From Vermamoeba vermiformis (taxonomy: Eukaryota), in NCBI GenBank assembly GCA_045837725.1, contig JBEWZL010000300.1:124001-188000 (forward strand): a DNA stretch of 64,000 bases, read 5' to 3'. Both the position numbers and the translations under genes were made by a program. Shown one piece after another: positions 26,963 through 39,966 of this stretch. Numbering within the stretch: position 1 is the stretch's first letter; every line of letters begins with the position of its first letter. Under the pieces are notes generated by a model. It saw nothing but the letters and a program-made list of their open reading frames with translations. It was not told the DNA's origin and ran no database searches.

Positions 26963-29740
26963 TTATTTGGCGTCATGCGCCCAATCAAAATTCTTGAAAA
27001 TATCGTCAGAGCTCGATGAAGGTCCAATATCTCCAAGCGGCTCTTGTTCAACTTCATTCGAACTTATCTGACTGAACGCGGGTGCCGGCAACTCTTTGTT
27101 CATCATCTTCGTCCAGTCAATAGAGGCAAAGAATGCGTGTTCTTTGAGTCTTTGTGGGTCGCATAATCGTTCTTCCAAACTAGGTTCGAGCAGCGCTGAA
27201 ATTAAATCAATCGCATCTCCGCTCATATCGTCCAAAAAGTTCAGTTCTCCGTTCTACAATAAGCATATAATTAATAATGTATTAATAAACCGCATAAAGT
27301 CCATAATAATGACTCTTATTACTGAACAGCAAAATAAAAATTCGAGTTTTGGATCCGTGTGGATCGGGTACTTTGACTCACCTTAATCTTCTTGTAAACA
27401 CCATAAGCATTGCTCGAGTTGAATGGCGGGACACCAGTCAACATCTCGTACACGAGCACACCAAAGGCCCACCAATCTACGACAGGTGTGTAGCCCTTGC
27501 CTTCAAGAATTTCAGGTGCCAAGTACTGCGGAGTGCCGCACAATGTCGCAGTTCGACCATCGCGTGCGATATTTGTCTTCGCGAGACCAAAGTCTGTCAG
27601 CACGATGTTGCCGTCTTTGTCCAACAACAAGTTTTCTGGCTTCAAATCACGCCACATTAAGCTCTTGCTGTGTAAATATTCCACGGCCAATAACACTTGC
27701 GCAGCGTAATGTCGGACCCTGTGAGTAAGTTAGATACATCCATCCTAAGCTAATATTTTGTATATGACACGTACCTGTCTTCGTCGAATCGTTCATCGAG
27801 TGTCAAGTGTTGGTAAATGTCACCACCTGTCACGAGCTGCATGACAATCACCAAGCTCGACTCGGTCTGGAAGCAATAATACAAGTGCACGATGTACGGG
27901 TGGTCCAATAGCGTCAACACATCGCGTTCTGTCAGTGATTGTTGTGCAATGCTCTTGTGCTGTGCGATCATTGCCTTGTCGATCACTTTCATCGCATAAA
28001 TTTCATCGGGATTGTCCTTTAGTTTCACGCGATAAACTCGACCAAAAGCACCACGACCTGTAATAGATATATCGTTATTAACAACTATTGCAGCTATAAT
28101 TAGTGCTGTCGTGACTTACCCAACATTTCCAGGACTTCAAAGTCTTTCAAAGAGCGCTTGGCAGATTTGCTTCCACCATTCGTAGCAGCAGTAGGCAAAG
28201 GTCTCTTGCCAGCACTAGGTGTCGGCAACGGTCTAGCTGCCGGGGTCATTGATTTCTTGACGCCTGGAGTCGGGAGAGGTCGAGCTGCGGCCTTCGCGAC
28301 CGATTCAAAGTTACGCACACTCGCTTGTCGCATACGCAGGCCAGCACCACCAGAGTTTGCTGACAGTGCTTTGAGTGCTTCTTTTGTCGCCTGTTTGTTG
28401 GTCGGTTGTGCTGCCAATGACGGTTGTTTCGGTGCTGGCGCTGTGGGTGTTGGCATAGCACGTCCAGTTGTTGGTGAAACTTTTGCGGTGGGAGCCGTCG
28501 GCAACAAGCGGCTGTTACCGTTTGGCGTGGGCGGGAGTGGCGGGAGTGGAGGATGACTGGCCTCTTTGGGCGTGGGCGGCAATGGTGGCAAAGGCGGGTG
28601 CGAGCTCTCTTTGGGTGTTGGTGGGAGTGGTGGCAGCGGTGGGTACGATGAGCTGTCGGTGACTTTCTTTGGCGCAGGACGTGGTGGCGGAACATTTCCT
28701 GCGCTGTTATTCAGACCACGTGGTGGCAATCCCAGACCTGAACTCGGTGAACCAACTGGAGTCGATGGGCCAGAGCTAATAATAATAGCGTATAAGTATA
28801 TTTATGGTAATATATTACTAAGGGTTCAAATATTCGTACCTGACTTTAGCAGCGCCTGTTTTAATTGGTAAATTGCGCGATGACGGGCTTTGTTCGCGAG
28901 CTGAAAGTGGTTGGTTGTAGCTAGGTTGTTCGTAATTATTCGTAGTGTCACCTCTCTAATTATGGTATTATATTAGTATCAATAAAATCGATCAAACAAA
29001 TAATTCAAAAAATAGATCCGGACTGTCAGAAATAAATCGGAAAATTGACGTACCGGTGTAGTAGGTCTGAGACTTTGTCTGCCACCTCCAAGTGCAGCAC
29101 TTAATTCGGCCATAAATCCTCCGCCCATCATGCCTCCAGGAGGACTCGCGGGCGTTCCGTTCGGATCGGCCATTGGCGTCGGTCTTGGCGAGACTGCTTG
29201 AACAGCTGTAGGAGGGCGAGGTTGTTTGAATGCACCAGGTCCAGGGGGTGGTGGCGGGGGTGGGGGTGCGCCGCCTCCACTCGAGCTAGGACTGAAGGAT
29301 ATGGTGCCTCTTCTGCCGTCCCCAGATGTGTGATCAGGCGTGCCGGTCAAAACAACGCTCGGAATGCTCTGTGGTGCCGTGGGAATTGCTACAGGAGTGC
29401 TGCGCGGTGTACCTCCGCTTTGACCTGCTGCAACTTTCGACATAAAAGCTGCCTTGATCCACAACGCCATCTCGGATTCGCTGCTTGCGAGCAAGGAGGT
29501 AGTTCTGTCGGGTGCTTGGATCTGCCAGCAGTGTTTTTTGTTTTTATATGTAGCAGGCACGATCTTGGAAGCAACGCGCAGATCGACTTTGTCCAGCATC
29601 TGCTTCTTATTTTGCTTTTTGTAGAAAGCCAAATACCCATCTTCTACGCATGACCATCGTCTTTTCCACGAAATTACGCCGTCATCTGCCTCTTCGCGAA
29701 TAAGCCAACCGCTCTTATTTGCTTCAGTTCCTTTCGACAT
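26963..29740 (-). CDS. PH domain + proline-rich region + AGC-family Ser/Thr kinase, multi-exon
   Basis: KSGWL...WKRRW...EMALWIKA (PH); [54 protein letters not shown]; tail FKNFDW. Confidence 0.92.
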
Positions 29741-30482
29741 CTCTGGAATTTAATTTTAAAATTAGCAAAATCCCTGGAATTGCGAGCATAAATAGTACTG
29801 CAACATCTACGTTATTATGAAATAATTTTTGCAGCTATTTTGTCTGTGGATTAATAATCGCAATAAAATTAATTAAAAAATCTTCGTTATAGATCTCGTT
29901 TAGGTAATGCCACAAAAATAGGCACAATAATCATATAATGATACTATGCGATACGTCAAATTTCTATGTGGAATAATTCAATTTGAATAACTCGTTGGAA
30001 ATCTGAAATGTTGGCATCTACCTACAAAAATCTTGACTTACCTCGATTTTAGATAATAAATAGTATAATACACAAGTTCTTATTTACAATAAATAATTAA
30101 TATTGACTTTGCTTCAGTTTCTGGCCTAGATGTAATAAAATAACATTCAGTTAATATTATACCGTTATAACAGCTCAATATCCTGCAGTATTATTCCTGT
30201 AAATTAATCAGTATTAATTTCATACCTAGGAGCGCCTTGTTGGACTGCGAAGCTTATTTTTGATTTTACAAAAGGGAGCCGTGGGAAAATTGACCGAGAT
30301 TATTTTGTGCGGTCAAATTTTATTCAAACCATTGTTTATTATCATAATGATAGCACTACTATAGTGCGACATCAACATTATTAGTGCAATACGTGATTAA
30401 CGGAGGCGTGCAAAGTCTCGGACCGTCCGATTGTTAATCTAGTCTTACTTCCACAGCACCGACCAAGAGTATAATAATATAT

Positions 30483-31900
30483 ATGTTTGTATTAAGAAAA
30501 CTATCATTATCTTTAAGCGCTGCGGCAGTTGTTGGAGGTTATTCTCTCGCTCATGCCGTGATCAAGCGGATACGGACTAAAAATCAAGCTCCAGCACTAA
30601 ACACGTAAGTATCATTGTCAATATTCTTCATATTTTGGCCGTGTAACCCGCGTAAAGCGAATTGAAAATTATTTAGTGATATAATAATTCTGATATTTTC
30701 CAATGGACTAGATCTGACAGTGGATGGCCCCTGCTTCCCTTAGAAATACAAGAATTAATTCTAAACGAAGCCTTATTAATTTTAAACAACAAGGAACTGT
30801 TAGAGCTAACACTTACTTGCAAAAGTTTTTACACTTATATTTCATTCTCAAACACGTGGACCAATCGCCAATCGCCTACATTCGGGCCAAAAATATCATT
30901 AATGGACGAGGCGTGTCGTAATACTGGATTTCCGCCCAAAATCAATTATTTTTTCAAGCAAAAAAGGTTGGTCCAGCTCCAGCTTGGTGGATCCGCCGTA
31001 AGACGAAGAAGAGACACAGGATTCGCTACATACGGATATCATGCAAAAGATCTATATGTGCCGTGGCTCATCAATGACTTTTTCACGCAACCAGCGACAT
31101 TTTGGAAGTTTGTTCGGACAATAATAGTCGATCCAGAATCACTCTTCAAATTTCTCGTGCAAGAAGATATATTTAGTAGTAGAGCTGCTATTCATAGGCC
31201 TACTGTCAAGAGAATAGGAGCGCATTTGAAGATATTGACGGTAAGTCAGCTTTTAAGGTCCGCTCCGGATTTACTTTTTTCTTTCTGATTAAAAACTAAA
31301 GATTGGCCGACTAATATGCTTATTTTATTATAGATAGTGTTGTGTATACTTCCATGGATCGATTTATTCATCGCAAAGTCACCGATGATTTCAGCAGTCA
31401 CATCCGCAACATCACTACAAAATTTCTTCGAATTAATATGGAATTTTGACCCAATGCCAATACCAAATATGATTCATACGTCAATGCCTCTATTTTTCAG
31501 CTTGCTCCTCGACAATGTATTCTACTTCTCGGATCTACTTCCGTATCAAGCAGTATTAGCCTTGATTATGCTCCTATTCAACAGAGGCCTTAAAACAGCG
31601 TTAATATTGGCCCTCACTGCAGTAATGCCCGTAGTTCTCTATTTAGCAAGCTTTAAGTTTTTGAACAAACTCAGCGGTACGAAGTATTGGTGGACGCCTT
31701 TAATTTTAATAGTCGGTTCATTATTATTTTTTGATCCTATTATATCAATCTACTTGCTATTTGGAACATTTACTGTTGTCTGGGACATGGCACAACGAGC
31801 ACTGCGACCGAAACAATTTAAAATGAGATTTGCTAGATGGTTCTTGTTAGGCAGTGCTTTAAGCGCTTTATCTGCTATTGTAGTCGTACTGCTTAAATAA
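30483..31900 (+). CDS. Multi-pass membrane protein of unknown function (3 exons)
   Basis: ATG 30483, donor 30605, branch/AAG acceptor ~30825 joining in frame to ORF 30902-31240, final exon with several hydrophobic helices. Confidence 0.55.
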
Positions 31901-32044
31901 TAAACGCAGGTATTCCATTTAATGTAAGATCCGATTTCGTTTTAAAAAAGTGCTTAAAATTCTCTGCAGCGGATAGATTTAATACGCTAAATAATTTAAA
32001 GTAATTGATTTATTGTAACAATAAGTATGTTATTCGAATAACAT

Positions 32045-35000
32045 TTAAACGTTGCGGAACTTGGGCTCGCATCTGTTCGGAATTTTAGCGATCAGAGAAT
32101 CCGGCAAGAAGTCAGCTTCAAACTGCGCGCCTTGACGGAACACATTGAGGCCTTCGATGCCTTCAGACCACGTCTTGTTCGGTCCAGCAATGACGATGAC
32201 AATGTAGTAAGTGATCGCTTCTTGCGTCCACTTTTCCTCGGGGTTCTTGTACGTCAAGCAGCCGTACGCCTTGCCCCATTTAGCAGGGATCTTCGTCTTG
32301 ACCATCACGTCGCGGAACTTGTCGTACTCGAGGATTTCTTTGGCTTCGACGCGGACCTGCCAGTCTTCTTCGAGCTTGCACCAGAGCATGTGTTCGCGGT
32401 GAGATCTGAAGTAAGCGTGGAGTTCTTTCAACGGCACGGGCTCAGCGTGGTTCTCACCAAACGTGTCAGGCATCTTGGCGCCAGCAGGAACTTCGATGTC
32501 GAACGAACCCTCGGCCAAGGGGTAAGATGTCAAAGTGTCAATGTTGGTCGGGCCGTCTCGGCGGTTTTGATGCGTGACAAATTGGTCAAAGATGTTGTAA
32601 TGGAGCGACATTTCGACCTTGTGAGTGCCAGCACCAGCGCGAAGGAGGTAGCCGTAGAGCAGTCTGGGCATCAAGTCCCAGCCAGTGTAGAACGATTCAG
32701 GGGTCATGGGCAAGCCAAGAATCTCAAAACCAACGGTCTGTTGCGTGTAGTACATGTTGTTGTTGCCGTGGAAGTATCCGAAGCTGTCTTGGAACGCGTA
32801 CTTTCTGTGCACGGGCTTGCCGTCAATCTTGAGCTGCAGCGACATGATCAACGAAGGCGCGAGGTAGTTCTTGTCCATCAGACCGTCGACGGGGTACACA
32901 GGAGTGCCGTCCTTCTTCTTGCCAATAGCGTAGTTGGCGATCGATCGAGGCCAAACAGCGCGTGCAAAGATCGGATCCGTCAAGCTGAACTTGGTCTTCA
33001 AGGCGTCCTTGTTCTTGATTTGAGGCTGGATAGTCTCGTTGGCAAAGACGATTTTGCCGGCAAGAGGCAAAGTGTACTCAGCGAGAATAGCGTCCTTCGT
33101 GCTATCAGGTCTGTTGGCGAAAGGAAGACCGCTTTGAGCAGGGGTGCCAGGACGAACCATCTCGTAGTCAGGAATGCCGACGTCTTCTTCAGAAGGCTGC
33201 CACAAGTCAGTGGGAGCAGAGGGCGTGGGCCATTCAGGCTCGAACTCGGGCTTCCAATTCTCCATCGAGTAGCGGAAGTAGCTGTTCCAAATCTTCTGCA
33301 AACGGCGGATAGCTGCACGGTGCGCAACAGGCCACTTCTCGAGCTGTTTAAGACCGCTGACAATGTGCTCTTGCTTGTGAATAGGCACCTTGCTGTCGAC
33401 TTTCTGAACCATGCCTTCAATGATCTCAAGAATCATGACCACCTTGCCCAAGTGCATTTGTTCCTTGATCAACTTGTCAATCTTTTCTTGGAACGGCGGG
33501 ATGTAGGGGAACTTCACGTTGAGCGAGTGCCATTCAGAAGCGACTTCATCGACGAAACCCAAGATGTTGTCGCGCATGGGTCGCTCTGCCTCGTGTGCAA
33601 TGCGGTGGTGCAAAAGACTGGCCTTAGACAAGACACCAACAAATTGCGAGACCACTTCGTTGCGTTTGTCGTTCTCTTCGATCTGAGCACGAGCTGTCTT
33701 AAGTTGTTCGAGCATGGTGTTCTTCAGATCATCAGCCGGCAGCTCGTTGACTTGCTTCTCCATCTTCTCAACCAAAGAAAGAGTGTGGGCCCACTTGCCG
33801 TAGATGTACGAAGGAGCGTTGTAGCCGCCCGTGTTAGTCGAAGTGGGCACAACTTCAGCGACCTTGGCCACGCGAATCAACTCGTTGACAGACTTCTTCC
33901 ACTCGCCGTTGATCGTCAAGATGTTAGTGTTCCATTGAATGACGAAACTGCGGGTCTGGGCAGGGGTGGAGGACTGGGCTTGAACGTTGGACAACGGGGA
34001 GTTCATGTGAATAACCCAAGGACCAAGCGTGGATTGAATAGGACCGCTGGGGAAGCCAGGAGCATTGGGAACTAATAAGAAATGTTGAATTAGAATCGGA
34101 TTCGAAAGCTATAATTGACGTGGATAATTACCTGACGACTTGACAACAGGAGTAAGAGGTGTCTCATCAGCGCTGGACTCAGCACCGGCAGCAGCTTTAC
34201 TGCCCATGGCAGCAGTGATCGTGCTCTCAAGGGTTGTAAGAGCAGCGCGAGTCTCGGTCACGTAGGTCTTGACGAGGGGCAAAGTGTTGTAAGGCGGGTT
34301 CTCGAGCTCGGAGAGGCTTTCGTAGGCCTTGGTCAAAGCGTCCAAAGCCTCTTGGTGGCGCGAGTGTTCGGCCAGGTTCTTAGCGTTGGTGACGTGAGTC
34401 TTGCCAGCATAAACCTTGTCGTAGACGACTCTGCCGAACATAGCTTCACCGACCTTAGCTTCCAAGCTATCAAGGGTGGGGTTGGTCTCCTTCAAGAAGG
34501 CGATGGTGGCCGGGAGATTGTTGTAAGGAGATTCGTCGAGTTCAGCAATGGCCTCGCGGGTCTTGGCGATGGCGGTAAGAGCCTCGCTGTTACGGCTGTG
34601 GAAGTGCAAGTCGTTGGCGGTGGTCAAGTGGGTCTTGGCAGCACGGATCTTGTCTTCAACGACTCTGCCAAACAAGACTTCACCGATCTTGCCTTCGAGG
34701 GTGTCAAGAGCGGGCTTGGCGTCCTTCAAGTAGGCAACAGTAATGTCGAGAGTGCCAAAAGGAGGTTGTTCAAGCTCGGCAAAAGCGTCTCTGGCCTTGG
34801 CAACAGCAGTAAGAGCCTCTTCGTTTCTGGAATGGAAGTGCATGCTTTCAGCTTCAGTGACAAGTGTCTTGGCAGCACGGATCTTGTCGTCAGCAACACG
34901 ACCGAACATGGCTTCACCGCATTGACGCTCGTATTGATCAATTTGCTTCTCGAACTCGGGCAAGAATTCTTGAGTGGCCTTCAAGCTGCCATAAGGAGCC

Positions 35001-37936
35001 TCCTTCAACTCGGAGATGAGCTCGCGGGCCTTGGCAACAGCGTCGAGGGACTCTTGGTATCTGTTGTGGAAGTGCATGTCCTTGGCAGTAGTTCCAAAGG
35101 TCTTGGCAGCACGGATCTTCTCGTCAACGACTTTGCTGAAGAGAGCTTCACCGCATTGGCGTTCGTACTCGTCAATTTGCTTCTCAAACTCGGGCAAGAA
35201 CTCTTGAGTGGCCTTCAAGCTGCCGTAGGGAGTTTCCTTGAGTTCAGCGATGAGCTCGCGGGCCTTGGCGACGGCGTCAAGTGACTCTTGGTGGCGGCTG
35301 TGGAAGTGCATGTCCTTGGCAGTGGTTCCAAAGGTCTTAGCGGCACGGATCTTCTCGTCGACAACTCTGCTGAAGAGAGCTTCACCGCATTGGCGTTCGT
35401 ATTCATCAACTTGCTTGATGAACTCGGGAAGGAAGCCAGAAACGGCCTCCAAAGAGCTCCAAGGGGCTTCTTGCAATTCAGAGATGCTTTCGCGGGCCTT
35501 GGCAACAGCGTCGAGGGCCTCTTGGTAGCGGCTGTGATAGTGCATGTCCTTGGCAGTAGTTCCGTGAGTCTTGGCAGCGCGAATCTTGTCATCAGCAAGA
35601 CGGGAGAACATTTCTTCACCGCACTTGGTTTCGATGTCGTCGATTTGCTTGGCGAATTCGTTGAGGAAGGTCTTGACAACGTCCAAGGTGACGTAAGGGG
35701 GTTGAGCAAGCTCGCTCATCTGTTCGCGAGCCTTGGCGACAGCTTCAAGTGCCTCGTCGTAACGGTTGTGGAAGTGCATGTCCTTGGCCTTGGTGCCATG
35801 GCTCTTGGCCTCGCGGATCTTGTCGTCAGCAAGGCGAGAGAACATAGCCTCACCGCACTGCTTCTCGTACTCGTCGATTTGTTTCTCGAAGGCAGGCAAG
35901 AACTCTTGAGTGGCTTTCATGTTGCCATAAGGAGCGTCCTTCAACTCGGCGATGAGTTCGCGGGCCTTGGCAACAGCTTCAAGAGCTTCTTGGTATCTGT
36001 TGTGATAGTGCATGTCCTTGGCAGTAGTTCCAAAGGTCTTGGCAGCACGAATCTTCTCGTCGACAACTCTTCCGAACATTTCTTCACCGCACTTGGCTTC
36101 GATATCAGTAATGTTCTTTTCGAACTCGGGCAAGAACTCGAGAACGCTCTGGAAGGTAGCGTAGGGAGGGTTGGACAGCTCAGCGATGAGCTCGCGGGCC
36201 TTAGCAACGGCGTCGAGTGATTCTTGGTATCTGTTGTGATAGTGCATGTCCTTGGCAGTGGTTCCAAAGGTCTTGGCTTCACGGATCTTGTCGTCGACCA
36301 AACGGCTGTACATGGCTTCACCGCATTGACGTTCATAGTCATCAATTTGCTTAGTGAATGCGGGCAAGAACTCAGCAACAGCAGGGAAAGTGTTGAACGG
36401 AGCATTGGACAACTCGGCGATACTTTCACGGGCCTTGGCAACTGCTTCAAGAGCTTCTTGGTAACGGCTGTGATAGTGCATGTCCTTGGCCTTGGTACCA
36501 TGTGACTTGGCCTCGCGGATCTTGTCATCGACAAGGCGACCGTACATTTCCTCACCACACTTCTTCTCGATGTCGTCGATTTGAGTGATGAAGGCCGGCA
36601 AGAACTCTGTGACCGCCTTGAAAGCGCTGAAGGTAGATTGAAGCTCGGCAATAGATTCACGGGCCTTGGAAACAGCGTCGAGGGATTCTTGGTATCTGTT
36701 GTGGAAGTGCATGTCCTTGGCCTTGGTACCGTGGCTCTTGGCTTCGCGGATCTTCTCGTCAACGACGCGACCCAACATGGCTTCACCGCAAAGTCGTTCG
36801 TACTCGTCGATCTGCTTGATGAATTCAGGCAAGAAGGCGGTGACGGCAGGGAAAGTGTTGAACGGAGCGGCAGACAGTTCGTTGATGCTGTCACGAGCCT
36901 TGGCAACGGCGTCAAGTGACTCTTGATATCTGTTGTGATAGTGCATGTCCTTGGCCTTGGTGCCGTGAGACTTGGCCTCGCGGATCTTGTCGTCAACAAT
37001 ACGACCGTACATAGATTCGCCACACTTCTTCTCGATATCGTCGATTTGGGCAATGAAGGCAGGCAAGAACTCGACAACGGTCTTGAAAGCTCCAAAAGTG
37101 GATTGAAGTTCGGCGATGCTTTCACGGGCCTTGGCTACAGCGTCGAGCGACTCTTGATATCTGTTGTGGAAGTGCATGTCCTTGGCCTTGGTGCCGTGGC
37201 TCTTGGCTTCACGGACTTTTTCGTCGACCACTTTACCAAGCATGGCCTCGCCAACCTTGGCTTCAATGTCGTCGATTTGCTTAATGAAGTCGGGGAGGAA
37301 GGCAGTGACTGACGAGTGAGTGTTGTACGGGGCTTCGGAGAGCAAGGCAATGCTTTCGCGGGCCTTGGTAACAGCGTCGAGCGACTCTTGGTATCTGTTG
37401 TGGAAGTGCATGTCCTTGGCCTTAGTACCGTGGCTCTTGGCTTCACGGACCTTATCATCAACGACGCGACCCATCATAGAGTCAGAAATCTTCTTCTCGA
37501 GAGTGTCGATCTGCGCGCGGGATTCGTTGAGGAATGTTTTTACTGCTTCGGCGAAGTTGTATGGAGCGATATCCAAGGCAATCAAACCGGCGCGGGCCTT
37601 TTCCAATGATTCGGAAGCTTCAGCGTATCGGTTATGGAAGTGCATTTGAGTGGCGTTGGCGAGCGGAGTTTTGACGTTGGAATACAAGCCATCCAAAACT
37701 TTCTTGACGAAGGCGCTAGCATCAGCTTCGAGCTTCTTGATTTCATTCTTTGCGGAAGTGACGAATTGTTGAGTCTTGGCAAAGGTAGCAGGAACAATCT
37801 TCATCAGACTTTCCTTTTCAAAAGCAACAACCGCATCTCGAAGTTTAATGACTTCTTCGAGCTGTGAGTTGGCCTCTTCGAAGCTTTTATATTCACGCTT
37901 TTTGAGCGAAGCAAGCAATCCTTCAAGAGCTTCCAT
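32045..37936 (-). CDS. ~1,940-aa protein: 15 tandem 76-78-aa helical repeats + globular C-terminal region; intron 34072-34130
   Basis: ORFs 34109-37936 and 32045-34006 join in frame (VKSS-VPNAPGFP...VIHMNSP) across a GT-AG intron; strong codon bias. Confidence 0.9.
34230..37700 (-). repeat. Coding tandem repeat, 15 units of ~228-234 nt
   Basis: Unit consensus VVDEKIREAKSHGTKAKDMHFHNRYQESLDAVAKARESIAEL..APY.T..AV.EFLPEF.KQIDEYERQCGEAMFGR. Confidence 0.95.
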
Positions 37937-39966
37937 TTAGGCCTAAAAGTCAGATTTAGTAAACAAATCCACGAAATCGGTTTGCAATAAAAATCAATTC
38001 AAAAATCAGACGCAAGTATAGTATCCACTGATATTTACCTGTTGTGTCGATCGCGTTGATTTGAATGAATAAAATTATGACTGCCAACTTCTGTTTTATG
38101 TCTCGTCACTTTGTGTGACAGGTTGAATCAAGCCAATCATAAAAAGGACCGAACACTCACACCCACATTTTCCACGTGCTATTGTATTGAACAATGCCTT
38201 CTATTGGTCTGCTTCGGATCTGGATTCGTGGAAGGATCCATTGTGCAACCTCAAGTAGCCACAGATTAGCCTTTTAATCCGTACCGAAATGTTAAAGGAG
38301 TACTCACTTATTAAAGGTACGCAAGGAAATCATTTTGAAGCCTTAGGGCCAAAGATAGTTTGTTGCGATCCGGCGGAGAATCACCTCAAACCCCGTTATT
38401 CTGTTAAATAACAGTATTATTAGTACTAAAAAATATATTGAGCAATAGTAATATGATTAAGGTGCGAGTCGCTTACCAAATCATGCAACGTCAGTAAATT
38501 ATCTTCGCGCTGCCTTCCAATGTTATTTTGTAATGCTGACAATCCGCTCTATATTATCTAGCATATTAACGACTAGCATTGACCAAGTTGCATTGAGTTT
38601 GCTGATTTTCGAGGAGTTGCAGATCGACTTTTCAATCTTTTGGCCTTCTGCTCTACCTTTGCTGCGCCTTAATAAGTTGATTTATTATGCAATCTTTCAA
38701 TGGACTTGCCCACGCATATAAAGCTTCCAAATATTGTTAAACGTCAAACTTGACGTCAGATTTGGATGTCGAATCCGCCAATTCAATTGCTCTCCAATCT
38801 CATATTATTGTATGATCACTGTCATGCTAATATATAATTGCTCATTTCATAAGGACCTCAAACTGGCTGTTTAATGAGCTTGTAATAAGTGTGATTTTTC
38901 GGACCCGTGTCTGCGCCCCTCGGAAAAGATCCAAGTGCATGCAATAGTCGCCTAATATCCAAATCAGTACTCGTTTTGCAGTTAACAATAACTTACCTTG
39001 CAGCTTACTCAAATTGCCTGCATTATGCAGTTCGTTCTCAATATTATGCTTGTTTTTAATGACTCTACTGTTCGCCTTGGCTAAAAACAACTGCACAACG
39101 GAGTACTGAACGAGGTCAAAGACAATACAGAGGCGTCTAATAGTGAAGTACTAGTAGATAAGTCGCTTTGAGACTAGTGTACCGAGGACATGTCTCAGAT
39201 CTGTGGTTGAAATTAATACTAAAATTGAAAGTAACAGCGGTGCTGTGGTCTAGGTAATTAATTGAGTACTAAAATGGCCTAAAGGCACGATAAACAGTAA
39301 TTTTTACCAGCGGGTGACCATTGGGTGCATGATGGTAGTGCGGTCCTGTCAGGGACCACATGTGATTCAACGAAAAAAAAGCGCTAGTATGTAATTATCT
39401 TCTCTATCTATACACAGTAGATCAATCGTTGATAGTAGTGCGTATCAAGGCACGCAGCACGATTCTACTTTCAATAGATGCGAATCTCCTGAGTAAACTT
39501 TTTTTGCTTGGTTATTATTAGACAATATAATAGTCCATAATTGTAATGTATGTATCTTCGAATTTCGATTATGGTTAAGTTAATTGAGTTTGCAATCCGA
39601 AAAAATTTCATTGAAGCACGCAGTTACACCGCATATTTTTTAACTAATAATATTATTAAAATATTGTTTTGAATAACTACTTACTACATCTGATAATTGT
39701 ATGCAACATTTGTTGCAGATCGTCTGGACTTATTTATTCAATTGAGTAAGGTGCCCATGTCCACAATGGCGCAGCAAGTTATGGATTATATGGCAACGTT
39801 CAATGATAAATATGCAATATTTTTGAGCTTCTCGTGCTCATTACATCCAATATTGAACAAAAAATTTGGCGGCAAACACTGCGATCAGTTGTTGGACCTC
39901 GGTAGAATTAATATTTAAGGTGCATAAATTAATATTTCGCAGCTTTATTGATACTAATAGTCCTAT

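Noticed and set aside
32132-37867. Long + strand ORFs (647 aa, 310 aa and others) and alternative-frame ORFs over the repeat gene
   Set aside because: Antisense or frame shadows caused by strong codon bias and repeats in the - strand gene; no coherent protein features
38040-39960. ~1.9-kb gene-poor interval with short ORFs and a small hairpin (GGTCCTGTCAGGGACC ~39342-39357)
   Set aside because: No coherent spliced frame, terminal repeats or extended structure that I can support
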